IMG/VR virus record: IMGVR_UViG_3300037067_012456
Span: 32,001 to 96,000 of that record
DNA: 64,000 nucleotides
From: a virus
Taxonomy: Duplodnaviria; Caudoviricetes
Strand: one strand, 5' to 3'
Part shown: positions 9,330 through 18,700 of the stretch, one piece after another
Numbering within the stretch: position 1 is the first letter of the stretch
Layout: every line of letters begins with the position of its first letter
Made by a program: the position numbers and the translations under genes
Notes under the pieces: model-generated
Told to the model about the DNA's origin: nothing
What the model saw: only the letters and a program-made list of their open reading frames with translations
Database searches by the model: none

Positions 9330-9998
9330 CTATGTTTCTATTAAAATTGGAGTATCTTGATTCATTTTATCTATTATTAAATATTTTAAATTAGCTCTTT
9401 TTTCATCTTGTCCTAATGAGTATTCTGCTGGTAAGTCATTACTTCTTGTAAATTTTCCACCAAAACAAAATTTTATTGCTGTATCTCCAGATTTAAATTC
9501 AAATTCATACCATGATTTTTTATCAGGATTATCAAATAAATAAAATCTACTATCTTTATCATAATCTCCTATATTATAAAACACATCAGGAGATTGTTCT
9601 TCTAATTTTTTATTTGGCTCTGCTCCAGAATTAACTATATAAATTTTATTTGTAGCTTTAATAACAAGAGGTAATTCTTCCAAATATTGCTTAATGGCAT
9701 ATTGATTTTCTGCAGTTTTAAACCATTGAGGAGTATTATTAATATTTTTATTAATTAAATTAAATTCATTTTTACCTTTAACAGAATAAGTATTATGATT
9801 ATTCATAATAAAATAAAGACATTCTAATGATAAATCTATATTTTCATCAATTATATTACCTGTAGCAATTAATGTATCATTTTTATTAAAATTTTGTTCA
9901 TAAAGAGCATCAATTAATAATTCATAATTGCCACAAATATCACCAAATATGAAATATCTATCTGTTTTTAAATTTGATAAATCTAAAACAAAATCCAT
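9330..9998 (-). CDS. Ser/Thr phosphatase (lambda NinI/PrpA-like) homolog with degenerate catalytic motifs
   Basis: FGDICG, TGNIIDEN, VKGKNE and IVNSG in place of GDxHG, GDxxDRG, GNHE and xVHAG. Confidence 0.65.
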   Translation of the reverse strand: MDFVLDLSNLKTDRYFIFGDICGNYELLIDALYEQNFNKNDTLIATGNIIDENIDLSLECLYFIMNNHNTYSVKGKNEFNLINKNINNTPQWFKTAENQYAIKQYLEELPLVIKATNKIYIVNSGAEPNKKLEEQSPDVFYNIGDYDKDSRFYLFDNPDKKSWYEFEFKSGDTAIKFCFGGKFTRSNDLPAEYSLGQDEKRANLKYLIIDKMNQDTPILIET

Positions 9999-10056
9999 TA
10001 AATTATATACCTTTTATATAAAAATGAGTAATTTTCTTACTTTGTTAAGTAAATAA

Positions 10057-10317
10057 TTATACTTTTTCATATAAAACAAAATTGTTATTTTTTGTTAAAA
10101 AGAAATTGTATAAGTACCGTTTCCTTATAAGAATAGCACCAAAACCATATGGACATCTAAAATGAACAAAATTGCCTTTATCGTCATTTATTTCATAATC
10201 AAAAGTAAAATATTCTTCCTCATTTTTCATTTTAAGAATATCTCCGCTAGATAATTCTTGCATAGATTTAGATTTAAGTATTTCTTGTAATTTAAATAAT
10301 TTCATGATATTATCCAT
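10057..10317 (-). CDS. hypothetical protein
   Basis: 86-aa ORF overlapping the upstream gene. Confidence 0.55.
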   Translation of the reverse strand: MDNIMKLFKLQEILKSKSMQELSSGDILKMKNEEEYFTFDYEINDDKGNFVHFRCPYGFGAILIRKRYLYNFFLTKNNNFVLYEKV

Positions 10318-11095
10318 TATTTATAAATCTTTTTGGAAGACCAGATTTTCCCTTTTGTATTAATTTACCAAATAATATCATTCCTTTCGGAGTCATATGA
10401 ACTCCATCAGAATTCATATCTGATTTAGGCAAAATATGATTTTTTTCTATAAAATTTTTAATAAGAGGTAAAAATACTGAATTTGAATCATTCAATACCC
10501 ATTTAATAAGATTAGTATCATAGGCAGTAAAATTTAATATGGCATAAGATATTAAAGTTGCTGGTAAACCATATAAAATTATTCGTGCTTGTGGATATAA
10601 TTCTCTAATTCGATTCAATAAAATTATACATTGTTCATTAACAGAATTAATCTCTTGATGAACAAGAATTGCATTTCCATTAGGAGTTCCAATAACAATA
10701 TTTTTAGGAATATAATTATATTGTTTAAAAAGAGGTTCTAAATCATTTACCAATTGTAGCATATGATGAGACCAGGCACCACCCAAAGCATGATTCATTT
10801 TAGGTTTTATACTATCTATTCTATCTCTACATTGAGCTAAAATAGAATCTCCAATACCCCAAGTTTTATCATTATCATTAGCCATATCTTTTTTAGCATA
10901 GCTAATAAAATTATTTTTACAGGTATTTAAATGATTAGTATAATTTGGATGTGGTATATATGGACCAATTTGAGGAGTTGGAATTTTAGACCACAAAGCT
11001 ATATCCATTTCTCGTATTTTATCTTTTTGAGATTGATATTTTTTTGCATAATATAAAGTTTCTATTTCTGCTATTATTCTAGAAAATAATCCCAT
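10310..11095 (-). CDS. SGNH/GDSL-family hydrolase (esterase)
   Basis: Block I GIGDSI, block II ALGG, block III IGTPNGN, block V SDGVH; GGAG RBS. Confidence 0.8.
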   Translation of the reverse strand: MGLFSRIIAEIETLYYAKKYQSQKDKIREMDIALWSKIPTPQIGPYIPHPNYTNHLNTCKNNFISYAKKDMANDNDKTWGIGDSILAQCRDRIDSIKPKMNHALGGAWSHHMLQLVNDLEPLFKQYNYIPKNIVIGTPNGNAILVHQEINSVNEQCIILLNRIRELYPQARIILYGLPATLISYAILNFTAYDTNLIKWVLNDSNSVFLPLIKNFIEKNHILPKSDMNSDGVHMTPKGMILFGKLIQKGKSGLPKRFINNG

Positions 11096-11105
11096 TTTTA
11101 TCTCC

Positions 11106-11327
11106 TTATTTTATTGAATATTTGCAATAATCAACTATTTCATTAAATTTATCTATATCAGCTTTACTATCACCGGTCATTTGAAATTCTAACATTTTAG
11201 AATTTATACATATTTCAAATTGTGCTTTAACTTCTGCATACGTTTTTTTAGTACAACTTTTATAAGAAAATACTGATACCAAGATAAAAACTATAATACC
11301 TATAAATATAGGAGATTTTGAACTCAT
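11106..11327 (-). CDS. small membrane-anchored or exported protein
   Basis: N-terminal hydrophobic segment IFIGIIVFILVSVF; GAGG RBS. Confidence 0.6.
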   Translation of the reverse strand: MSSKSPIFIGIIVFILVSVFSYKSCTKKTYAEVKAQFEICINSKMLEFQMTGDSKADIDKFNEIVDYCKYSIK

Positions 11328-11346
11328 ACTATCCTCTCTTTTTTAA

Positions 11347-11538
11347 TTAAATATTTTCTGATTTATCTAATGGACAAAAAGATGGAAATCCATCTTTTTT
11401 TATTGATTTTATATATTTTATTTTATATTTACTATCATGAAATTTTGGATGTTTACAAATTTTTACTTCTTCCCAATTATCTATTGTGTAATAACCACAT
11501 ATAGTATCACATCTAAATAATTCTAATATCCTTGGCAT
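11347..11538 (-). CDS. small Cys-containing phage hypothetical protein
   Basis: C..IC.Y...C.HP...FP.FCPL; GAGG RBS. Confidence 0.6.
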   Translation of the reverse strand: MPRILELFRCDTICGYYTIDNWEEVKICKHPKFHDSKYKIKYIKSIKKDGFPSFCPLDKSENI

Positions 11539-11678
11539 ATATACCTCTATAAAATAATATAGTTATTTATACTATATTGAAGAGTAAAAAATTATTAATT
11601 TTTCATTCTTCAATATTTTTTACATAAACAGTTAAACCACATACACTACAAACTAAAATATGTGCATCTTCTATTTGT

Positions 11679-13601
11679 TCATTTTAATAAATTAATAATT
11701 GTATCTTTTTCTAATGATTCTGGTGATAAATCAATATCACATTCTAATTTATCATCAACTTTTATAGCTCCTGCTTTAAATATCAAATCGTTTAAAGTAA
11801 TCATATTAGTTAATGAATTAATTAGATATTTTCTACTATATTCTGTATATTCATTAACAGATGAAGTAATATTATTTCCTAAATATGATTCATTAAAATA
11901 AAATTTACATTCATTTGTTGTTACAACTACTAAACCTATAGTTTTCTGTTTTTGATCTATTTTAGAAGAAGCTATAGCTAATACATTATTAGGATCTACT
12001 AAACAATTTTTATTAAAAGGACCTGGAGCTTTTAATCCTACCATTATTTTAAATGGTACTTCTTGATCCATATATCCTTTAGAAAACGTAAAATTATTCA
12101 ATTGTACTAAATAGGATGATTTTATTTGTTTATGTATATAAAATAATTCTGTAGCTCCATCTGGTTTAGGAGCAGTAGTCATATCTCCAGAAAATAATAT
12201 ATTACTATTGCTAGTCCTATAAGCTCCATCCCATCCTATTTTACCTTCATTTATATTTAACATAGATAAATCTAAGTCAATTCTATCATCATTAGTATTT
12301 TCCCAATGCACACCAAAAATCATATCTTTTGGTGTGGATATACAAGTACCAGAAGGAAAATATCCAGTAAATCTTTTTTCAGTAGATGGTAATGTATATG
12401 TTATATAATTAGGAATATATACTTTTTTACCTTCAACATTGACTTTTAGATCTTGTATAATTGAATCTAGAACTATATTAAGAATCAATTTAGCATTGTT
12501 TTGATCTTCAAAAGAAAATTTTGTAGAAAATGCTTTATCATTTCTAATAGTATATTGAATAGAATCAAAATTTTTAGTTCTATATTGAAGAGCATATGCT
12601 AAACGAATCTTTCTAAAAATATTCGCTTTTGATAGTTCTTGTTTTAGAGTAGCTATCTTAATACCTTCGTTATTTTTTATTTTTGAAGTAATTTCATTTA
12701 AATAATCTATTGGCATTGGTTTATGATATGTATTAGCAAGTCTTCTAATTTTATTTATAATTGGATTTAAATCTACTTCTCTATTACGAAATGCTAAAAA
12801 TAATGGTTTAAATCTATAAAAAATTTCTGCTAATTTATCTAAACCATTTTCTTTGTTATATCTATTAAATAATTTATAAATATCATAATTAACTGTAATA
12901 GCTTGAATTGTTGTTTTATTTTTAATAAGTAAACTTTTTCCTGTACTTTTAAAGATAACATATCTTAAAAATTCAACAGGTTCATTAGGAATAATATTAA
13001 GAGCATCATATAATCTAATTTTTACTTCTTTATTTTTAATTAAATTAATATTAATACTATATTCAGGATTTTCAACAATAGATACAATATCTTTCATTGT
13101 ATCTTCATTTAAAGCAATACCAGATTGTAAAATATCAAGAATTTTATCTTTTAATTCCTCTACAGTATATCCTTTAATAATTGTAAAAATAAATTTATCT
13201 ATACCTATTTTTTTAAAAATGTTATTATATTCAATTTTCGGAATAACTAATTTTTCAGCAGGAATATAAACATAATTTTCATTATAAGCACCCAAAGACT
13301 CAAATCCATATGTAGTTAGATAATGAATAAATTGTTCCATTACGAGTTGATCTATAGAGGCTTCTTTAATCTTTTTCCAAGATTTGTGGAAAGAAGCATT
13401 CATTTGTTGAGGAGTTAAACCAAGATCTTTATTTATTATATTAATAATACTATTTAATTCTTCTTCTGAATAATTGTACATAACTTCAGGAGAAAAAATA
13501 AAACCATATTGTATGGTTTTATTAATTAGAGAAGAATTAATTTTCTTTCTTTTTGTTTTAATAGGAAGAGCTTTAAAAAGACGTAATGTTTGTTTTTTCA
13601 T
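11679..13601 (-). CDS. large protein with helical N-terminal region and C-terminal TerD-like domain
   Basis: FGVHWEN...RIDLDLS...IGWDG...FSGDMTTAP..GATE, a TerD-like beta-sandwich signature; AAGGA RBS. Confidence 0.7.
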   Translation of the reverse strand: MKKQTLRLFKALPIKTKRKKINSSLINKTIQYGFIFSPEVMYNYSEEELNSIINIINKDLGLTPQQMNASFHKSWKKIKEASIDQLVMEQFIHYLTTYGFESLGAYNENYVYIPAEKLVIPKIEYNNIFKKIGIDKFIFTIIKGYTVEELKDKILDILQSGIALNEDTMKDIVSIVENPEYSININLIKNKEVKIRLYDALNIIPNEPVEFLRYVIFKSTGKSLLIKNKTTIQAITVNYDIYKLFNRYNKENGLDKLAEIFYRFKPLFLAFRNREVDLNPIINKIRRLANTYHKPMPIDYLNEITSKIKNNEGIKIATLKQELSKANIFRKIRLAYALQYRTKNFDSIQYTIRNDKAFSTKFSFEDQNNAKLILNIVLDSIIQDLKVNVEGKKVYIPNYITYTLPSTEKRFTGYFPSGTCISTPKDMIFGVHWENTNDDRIDLDLSMLNINEGKIGWDGAYRTSNSNILFSGDMTTAPKPDGATELFYIHKQIKSSYLVQLNNFTFSKGYMDQEVPFKIMVGLKAPGPFNKNCLVDPNNVLAIASSKIDQKQKTIGLVVVTTNECKFYFNESYLGNNITSSVNEYTEYSRKYLINSLTNMITLNDLIFKAGAIKVDDKLECDIDLSPESLEKDTIINLLK

Positions 13602-13613
13602 ATTAATTTCCTT

Positions 13614-13794
13614 ATAAGGCGAGAGGTAAATTCAGTGTTATAGAGTTATAAATAGGAACCTCTTATGCCTTATTATTTTAAATGGCGAAAAGTAAATACA
13701 TAAATGGTTTGTTTAATAGGAACTTTTTATGCCATTTTTAAAGCGGGTGGTAGATCACCTATAGATTTTTTTAATAGGAACCACCTTTGCTTTA
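13614..13794 (-). ncRNA. array of three structurally conserved RNA hairpins (candidate ncRNA or guide-like array)
   Basis: Units 13739-13794, 13680-13737 and 13614-13673. Each has an outer stem ending GC, an asymmetric AWA/C loop, a covarying inner stem, and a loop of UCCUAUU + 18-20 variable nt + UYU. Confidence 0.75.
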
Positions 13795-13799
13795 TATAT

Positions 13800-13828
13800 T
13801 ATATAATATATTTATTCAAATTTGTCAA
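13800..13828 (-). promoter_or_regulatory. sigma70-type promoter driving the hairpin array and TerD-like gene
   Basis: TTGACA(13828)-17-TATATA(13805-13800); predicted start ~13793 coincides with the 5' end of the first hairpin. Confidence 0.7.
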
Positions 13829-13835
13829 GAAAATA

Positions 13836-14135
13836 TTATAAAGTTTCTGAATCTATTTCAAAATCTTCTTCTGGCACATCTGAATCAAAGTTATCAAAGT
13901 CTATATCAAGATCTTTAAATATAATATTTTCATCATCAGCATATGCTCCAAGACCATTAAGTATAGTTTCTTTAGTAAAACTCATACCCAACATAGCTCT
14001 AACAAAAACATTTATAAATTCATATACATTAGAAGAAGAGTCAAAAGAACTATCTGATATAAGACTTACATTTTCATTATTTGCTTCATTATTCTCAATA
14101 AAAGGATTTGTTGCTTCAATACTAATTGTTAACAT
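13836..14135 (-). CDS. acidic hypothetical protein
   Basis: 99 aa, AGGAG RBS, D/E-rich tail. Confidence 0.65.
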   Translation of the reverse strand: MLTISIEATNPFIENNEANNENVSLISDSSFDSSSNVYEFINVFVRAMLGMSFTKETILNGLGAYADDENIIFKDLDIDFDNFDSDVPEEDFEIDSETL

Positions 14136-14155
14136 TATATTCTCCTATTTTTATA

Positions 14156-14419
14156 TTAATTTTCCATACTTAATTTTTTTCTATAAAATTTTATTTCTTC
14201 TTTAATTCTATCAGATTTTATCCAAGGATTATAATTAATTTCTCCAGGAATAAGCATATTTACACATTTTTCCCAAAAAACAGCATTAGCTAAACATTGT
14301 ATTTCTTCACCAGGCCAACCTTCAATAATTTTATCATTTATTGCTACGGTTGCTATTTTTTTATTATCTTTCTTAATATCAATCTTCATCTTTAAACACT
14401 TTATTATATGATAAATCAT
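14156..14419 (-). CDS. hypothetical protein
   Basis: ORF in a co-oriented string; true start may be the internal MKIDIK. Confidence 0.55.
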   Translation of the reverse strand: MIYHIIKCLKMKIDIKKDNKKIATVAINDKIIEGWPGEEIQCLANAVFWEKCVNMLIPGEINYNPWIKSDRIKEEIKFYRKKLSMEN

Positions 14420-14582
14420 TAAGAATTTGCTCTCCCGCAGAAATAAATAAATCTACATTATCAGAGAGTTCTGGTTGTATTTGATTTTTATTTCTTTCTG
14501 TAAGACTTTCAATTTCAGCCATCATTGCTTTCATAATCCACATGAGAGCTTTTTTAATAGTTATAAGATCTTTATCTGTCAT
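14379..14582 (-). CDS. hypothetical protein
   Basis: 67-aa ORF in a co-oriented string. Confidence 0.55.
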   Translation of the reverse strand: MTDKDLITIKKALMWIMKAMMAEIESLTERNKNQIQPELSDNVDLFISAGEQILNDLSYNKVFKDED

Positions 14583-14605
14583 AGTATATATTATTATATC
14601 CTTAA

Positions 14606-14815
14606 TTATATATCTCTATAATCTTTAAAATTTTTTCCAAGAAATTCTAATATTTTAGTTCTATAAGTATCTATTTCTTCTTTTGTAGAAAGCCAAATAC
14701 GGTATCCTTCTATTTCTTTTGTATAAAAGAGTTTATTAAAAATTTCTATAGCTTTATCAATAGCAGCATCATTTGTTTCTTCATTTAAAGCAATTGCTAA
14801 GTGAATTGTTCTCAT
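14606..14815 (-). CDS. hypothetical protein
   Basis: 69 aa, ATGA-coupled to the upstream phosphoesterase gene. Confidence 0.6.
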   Translation of the reverse strand: MRTIHLAIALNEETNDAAIDKAIEIFNKLFYTKEIEGYRIWLSTKEEIDTYRTKILEFLGKNFKDYRDI

Positions 14816-15363
14816 TTTGCTGTTCCTTTTAATATTTTATTATAAAAAACTAAAATTTCTTCCATTGATACTGGTCTATAATTCCAAACATCAACCCCAA
14901 CATTTATAATAGGAATATTAACAATTTTAGGATCTTCGGTATTATATTGAAATTTCCAAAGATTATGTATATGACCACATAATGCAAAATCACAAAACTC
15001 TGGTACTTCTGGTCGCATCATTGGAGGTCTATGTTGAGCAAAAACTTGATATCCACCAAATTCTAATAAAGCAGCCATTAAAATAGATTTAACTCCATTA
15101 TTAATATCATGATTTCCTGTTATATGGATAATCTTTCCATTTAATTTCTTTTCCCAATAATGTGCTTTATTATTTCCTCCTTCTTTTCCTCCACGAAAGC
15201 ACCAATCTCCTAAATTATATACAATATCATCTGGTTTAACTCTTTGATTCCAATTATTTATTAATTTACTATTCATATCATCCACATTTTTAAATGGACG
15301 ATTACAAAATTTAATTATTGATGCGTGTGCAAAGTGAGTGTCTGCACAAAAGAAGGTTTTCAT
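14812..15363 (-). CDS. calcineurin-like phosphoesterase (small phage type)
   Basis: ADTHFAH, LGDW, GNHD, QHRP, GHIH, INVGVD. Confidence 0.9.
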   Translation of the reverse strand: MKTFFCADTHFAHASIIKFCNRPFKNVDDMNSKLINNWNQRVKPDDIVYNLGDWCFRGGKEGGNNKAHYWEKKLNGKIIHITGNHDINNGVKSILMAALLEFGGYQVFAQHRPPMMRPEVPEFCDFALCGHIHNLWKFQYNTEDPKIVNIPIINVGVDVWNYRPVSMEEILVFYNKILKGTAK

Positions 15364-15367
15364 ATCA

Positions 15368-15601
15368 TTACCATGTTTTAGTTTTTTTAATTACTTCTAA
15401 AAAATGTTTCAAAGTATCTTCAGTTTTATATTCTTGATTAATACCATCTATATAATATAAAGTATCTGTTTTTCCAATACCTATTCCTTCATGAGTTTTA
15501 TGTACAATAACTTCTTTTTGAACACCAAGTTTTTTATCTCTATAAGTTGTAATCCACTTTGTTTCTTGAGATTCAAATGCTGTTTTTTTCCATTCAATCA
15601 T
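15368..15601 (-). CDS. hypothetical protein (start revised to MIEWKK)
   Basis: The ORF-track TTG start at 15676 is the -35 box of a promoter; ATG 15601 is in frame. Confidence 0.55.
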   Translation of the reverse strand: MIEWKKTAFESQETKWITTYRDKKLGVQKEVIVHKTHEGIGIGKTDTLYYIDGINQEYKTEDTLKHFLEVIKKTKTW

Positions 15602-15647
15602 TCTTTTACACACAAAAAAGGTATTATATACACATCTATTTAATGAC

Positions 15648-15676
15648 ATAATACCTATAATAAATTTAAATGTCAA
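15648..15676 (-). promoter_or_regulatory. sigma70-type promoter
   Basis: TTGACA-17-TATTAT. Confidence 0.65.
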
Positions 15677-15701
15677 TAAAAATTTTTATTAATTTAAAAA
15701 T

Positions 15702-18700
15702 TTATCCACATTTACTAAACCCACACTCCATATTAGAACATTTTACACACCCATCAAAATAGATCAATTTACTACCACATTGTTGACATTTACCAGCATC
15801 TTCACCATCAGATATATATTTTTTTAATGTTCTAGCAATAACTTTAGCAAAATGAGTAATACCACCCTCACTTTTATTTAAAGTTTCAACAATAAATTTC
15901 AAAGGTATTCCATGACGTAATTCTAATGAAATTGATCTAGCAAAAGCATCATGTTCTTTATTTGCAAATGTTTTCATTATATTATTAACTATTATTTCAT
16001 CATCAAATTTAAAGGAATAATGACTTGATTTCTGTTTTACAATAAATCCTTCAGTTATATTTTTAGGAATATTCACATCTTCAACTGCTCCAGCAAATAC
16101 TTCAAATGGTTTATTTTCATATAATCCTACAAATGCAATCCACATTTTACCTTGATATACAACTCGGTGAATCTCACATGGAAGTTCTTTGGGTCGTTTT
16201 GGAGCATTTCTTAGTGTTTTATTATCATTATTATGTGTTAATATACCTTCACGACATCCATCTCTATAACAAGTAACCCCGATAATACCTCTTTTATTTG
16301 CTTCTAAAAACACTTGTGACACTTCTTCTGGTGAAATATTTGATGGCATATTTATTGTATTATGAGAAATAATATTATTTATTAAATAACTGTTTGTATC
16401 TTCGACTTCTATATCATAAACTTCATTTTCATTATTTTCTATTTTTTTTATTTTTATTAAATAAAGATCTTTATCAAAATTTGGAAAAAAGTCTAATAAA
16501 ATTCTATTATTAGTTCTAAGTGGATTCTCATTTTTTTGTTGTATATTAAAAGTTTTATGTGAATGTGTATATTTTTCTATATTAGTTGAAACAATATCAC
16601 ATATTTTTATATTTTTCAATTCTTTTGGAAATGGAATTAAATTATATCCAGCAATTTTAATTTGTTTGTGTTTTTCAATTGGAGTAAAAAAAGATTCATT
16701 AATAGATACTCCATAAGTATATTTTGAAATTCTTCCATTTTTTACATATTTTTTCATTTTATATGGTTTTAAACCAAGTTCACAACATATAGAAAAAATA
16801 GAATCAACTAAAGTTTTTGAATATCCTTCGTATAGTACTAATGTATTTCTTTTTATATATCCATCCAAAGATAATCCATTAATAAAATTAATTTTTTCTT
16901 CTTTTGATCCATATAAAATTTCTTTTGGTATTGTTTTATCAAGACAACCATTTCCAATTAAATTTTTTATATATCTCATTAATTTTCTTGAAGTAATATA
17001 TACAGATCTTGTATTTTTTGTTCTTTTATCTTTTATTGTATTAACTTTTTTACATTTAAATAATTTGAAACATAATTGAGTAAAAATATTTTCAACTAAA
17101 TCATCTGCAGTTGTAATACCAACATGTCCTGTACTTTCAACTAATGAGCCATCTGAAACAATCATACCCAAAAATAATGCCAAATCTTCTGACATTATAT
17201 TAGGTAAACAAATATCATTAGAATTTGATTTGTTAGTAAAATCTACACATAAAGATTGTTTACCTATAAACTCTTCTGAATAATCTCTACTTCTACAATA
17301 AATATAATCATTTTCTTTTAAATTTTTTGATTCTATCCATCCATTTTTTGTATATAATTTATGTGTTTCAGAACATTCAAGAATATCACCATTATCAAAA
17401 TATATTATTTTTGTTGGTTTTATACCACCAGAATAATGTTTTTTTATTTTCTTCCAATCACCATTAATATCTCTAACTTTCAAATCTTTAGCTTTTCCAA
17501 AAACATCATTACCACTAGCATCTCCCAATTCTTCTATAGAGAATATTCCTTTATTAGTTTGTATCTTTGTTCCTTTAGCAACACATTTACTTACACTAAG
17601 AGATACATTATTTGCTACAGATTCTAAAATATCTAGATGTTCCATTGGTTTCAGATCACCCGCAGTTACAAAGACTTTTCTCATTTCTTCTGGAATATCT
17701 TTACAAGTTTGACAAGATCCATTATTTTCTGATACTTCTTTCATTATTTTAGTTTTTATTTCAGCAGAAAAATTTTCATTTAAATATTCTTCAAATATAG
17801 GATCTGATAGATATACTGTTTCATATTCTTTATTCAATTTTTCTATTTTTCTAGAATATACTAAACCGAATACCGGTTCAATTCCACTAGATACGTCAGC
17901 TATAAAACTAATTGTTCCTGTAGGAGCTTGGCTAGTAAAACAACTGTTTCTTATACCATGTTTTTTAATATCTTTTTTTAATTGATCTATATCAATATCT
18001 CTACAATTTTTAGTAAAAAACCTCTCATTAGCTTTCATAAATAGATTATAATTAAATGCAGGATAAGCACCAACTTCTGCTGGATTTGCAAGACATTCCC
18101 ATTTTTTGTCTCTTTCTATTTGTTCCTTTCTATATTCTTTTGACAATTCTATAGATTCTTTCATTGAAATTAATGTAAAATATCTAAATAGTTCTTCTGT
18201 GAACTTTATGGCTTTTTCTGAATTATATGGTATTTTTTTCTTAAAAAGAATGTGAGCTAATCCCATTGTACCCAATCCAATGGGTCGTGTATCAAGAGTT
18301 ATTTTCTTTATTTTTGATAGAGGATATATATTAATATCTATGGCATTATCAATAAATCTAGTTGATTCTTTTATTAATTCAGTAAATCGTTCCCAATTAA
18401 ATTTAGATCCATCAAGCATTTTAATTAAATTTATTGAGCCTAAATTGCACGATTGATAAGGAATTCCTGTAAATTCGCTGCAAGGATTACAAATAACTTG
18501 ATCATTTAAATTTGTTACAGTACATCTATCGTGTGCTATTGTTTCATTAAATATACCTGGTTCAGCACATTTCCATGCTTGTTTAATAATGAGATCCCAA
18601 ACTTCTTTAGTAGTATATGTTTTTCCTGTTTTATCCTGAACTGCATATTCAAGACCATTTTTACTCCTTACCATATGAGGACAATTAGGATCTTTTTCAA

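Noticed and set aside
13614-13794. CRISPR, tRNA or terminator interpretation of the hairpin array
   Set aside because: Repeats are not identical, no cas genes are present, there is no cloverleaf, and the loops are ~28-30 nt with a conserved motif, unlike intrinsic terminators.
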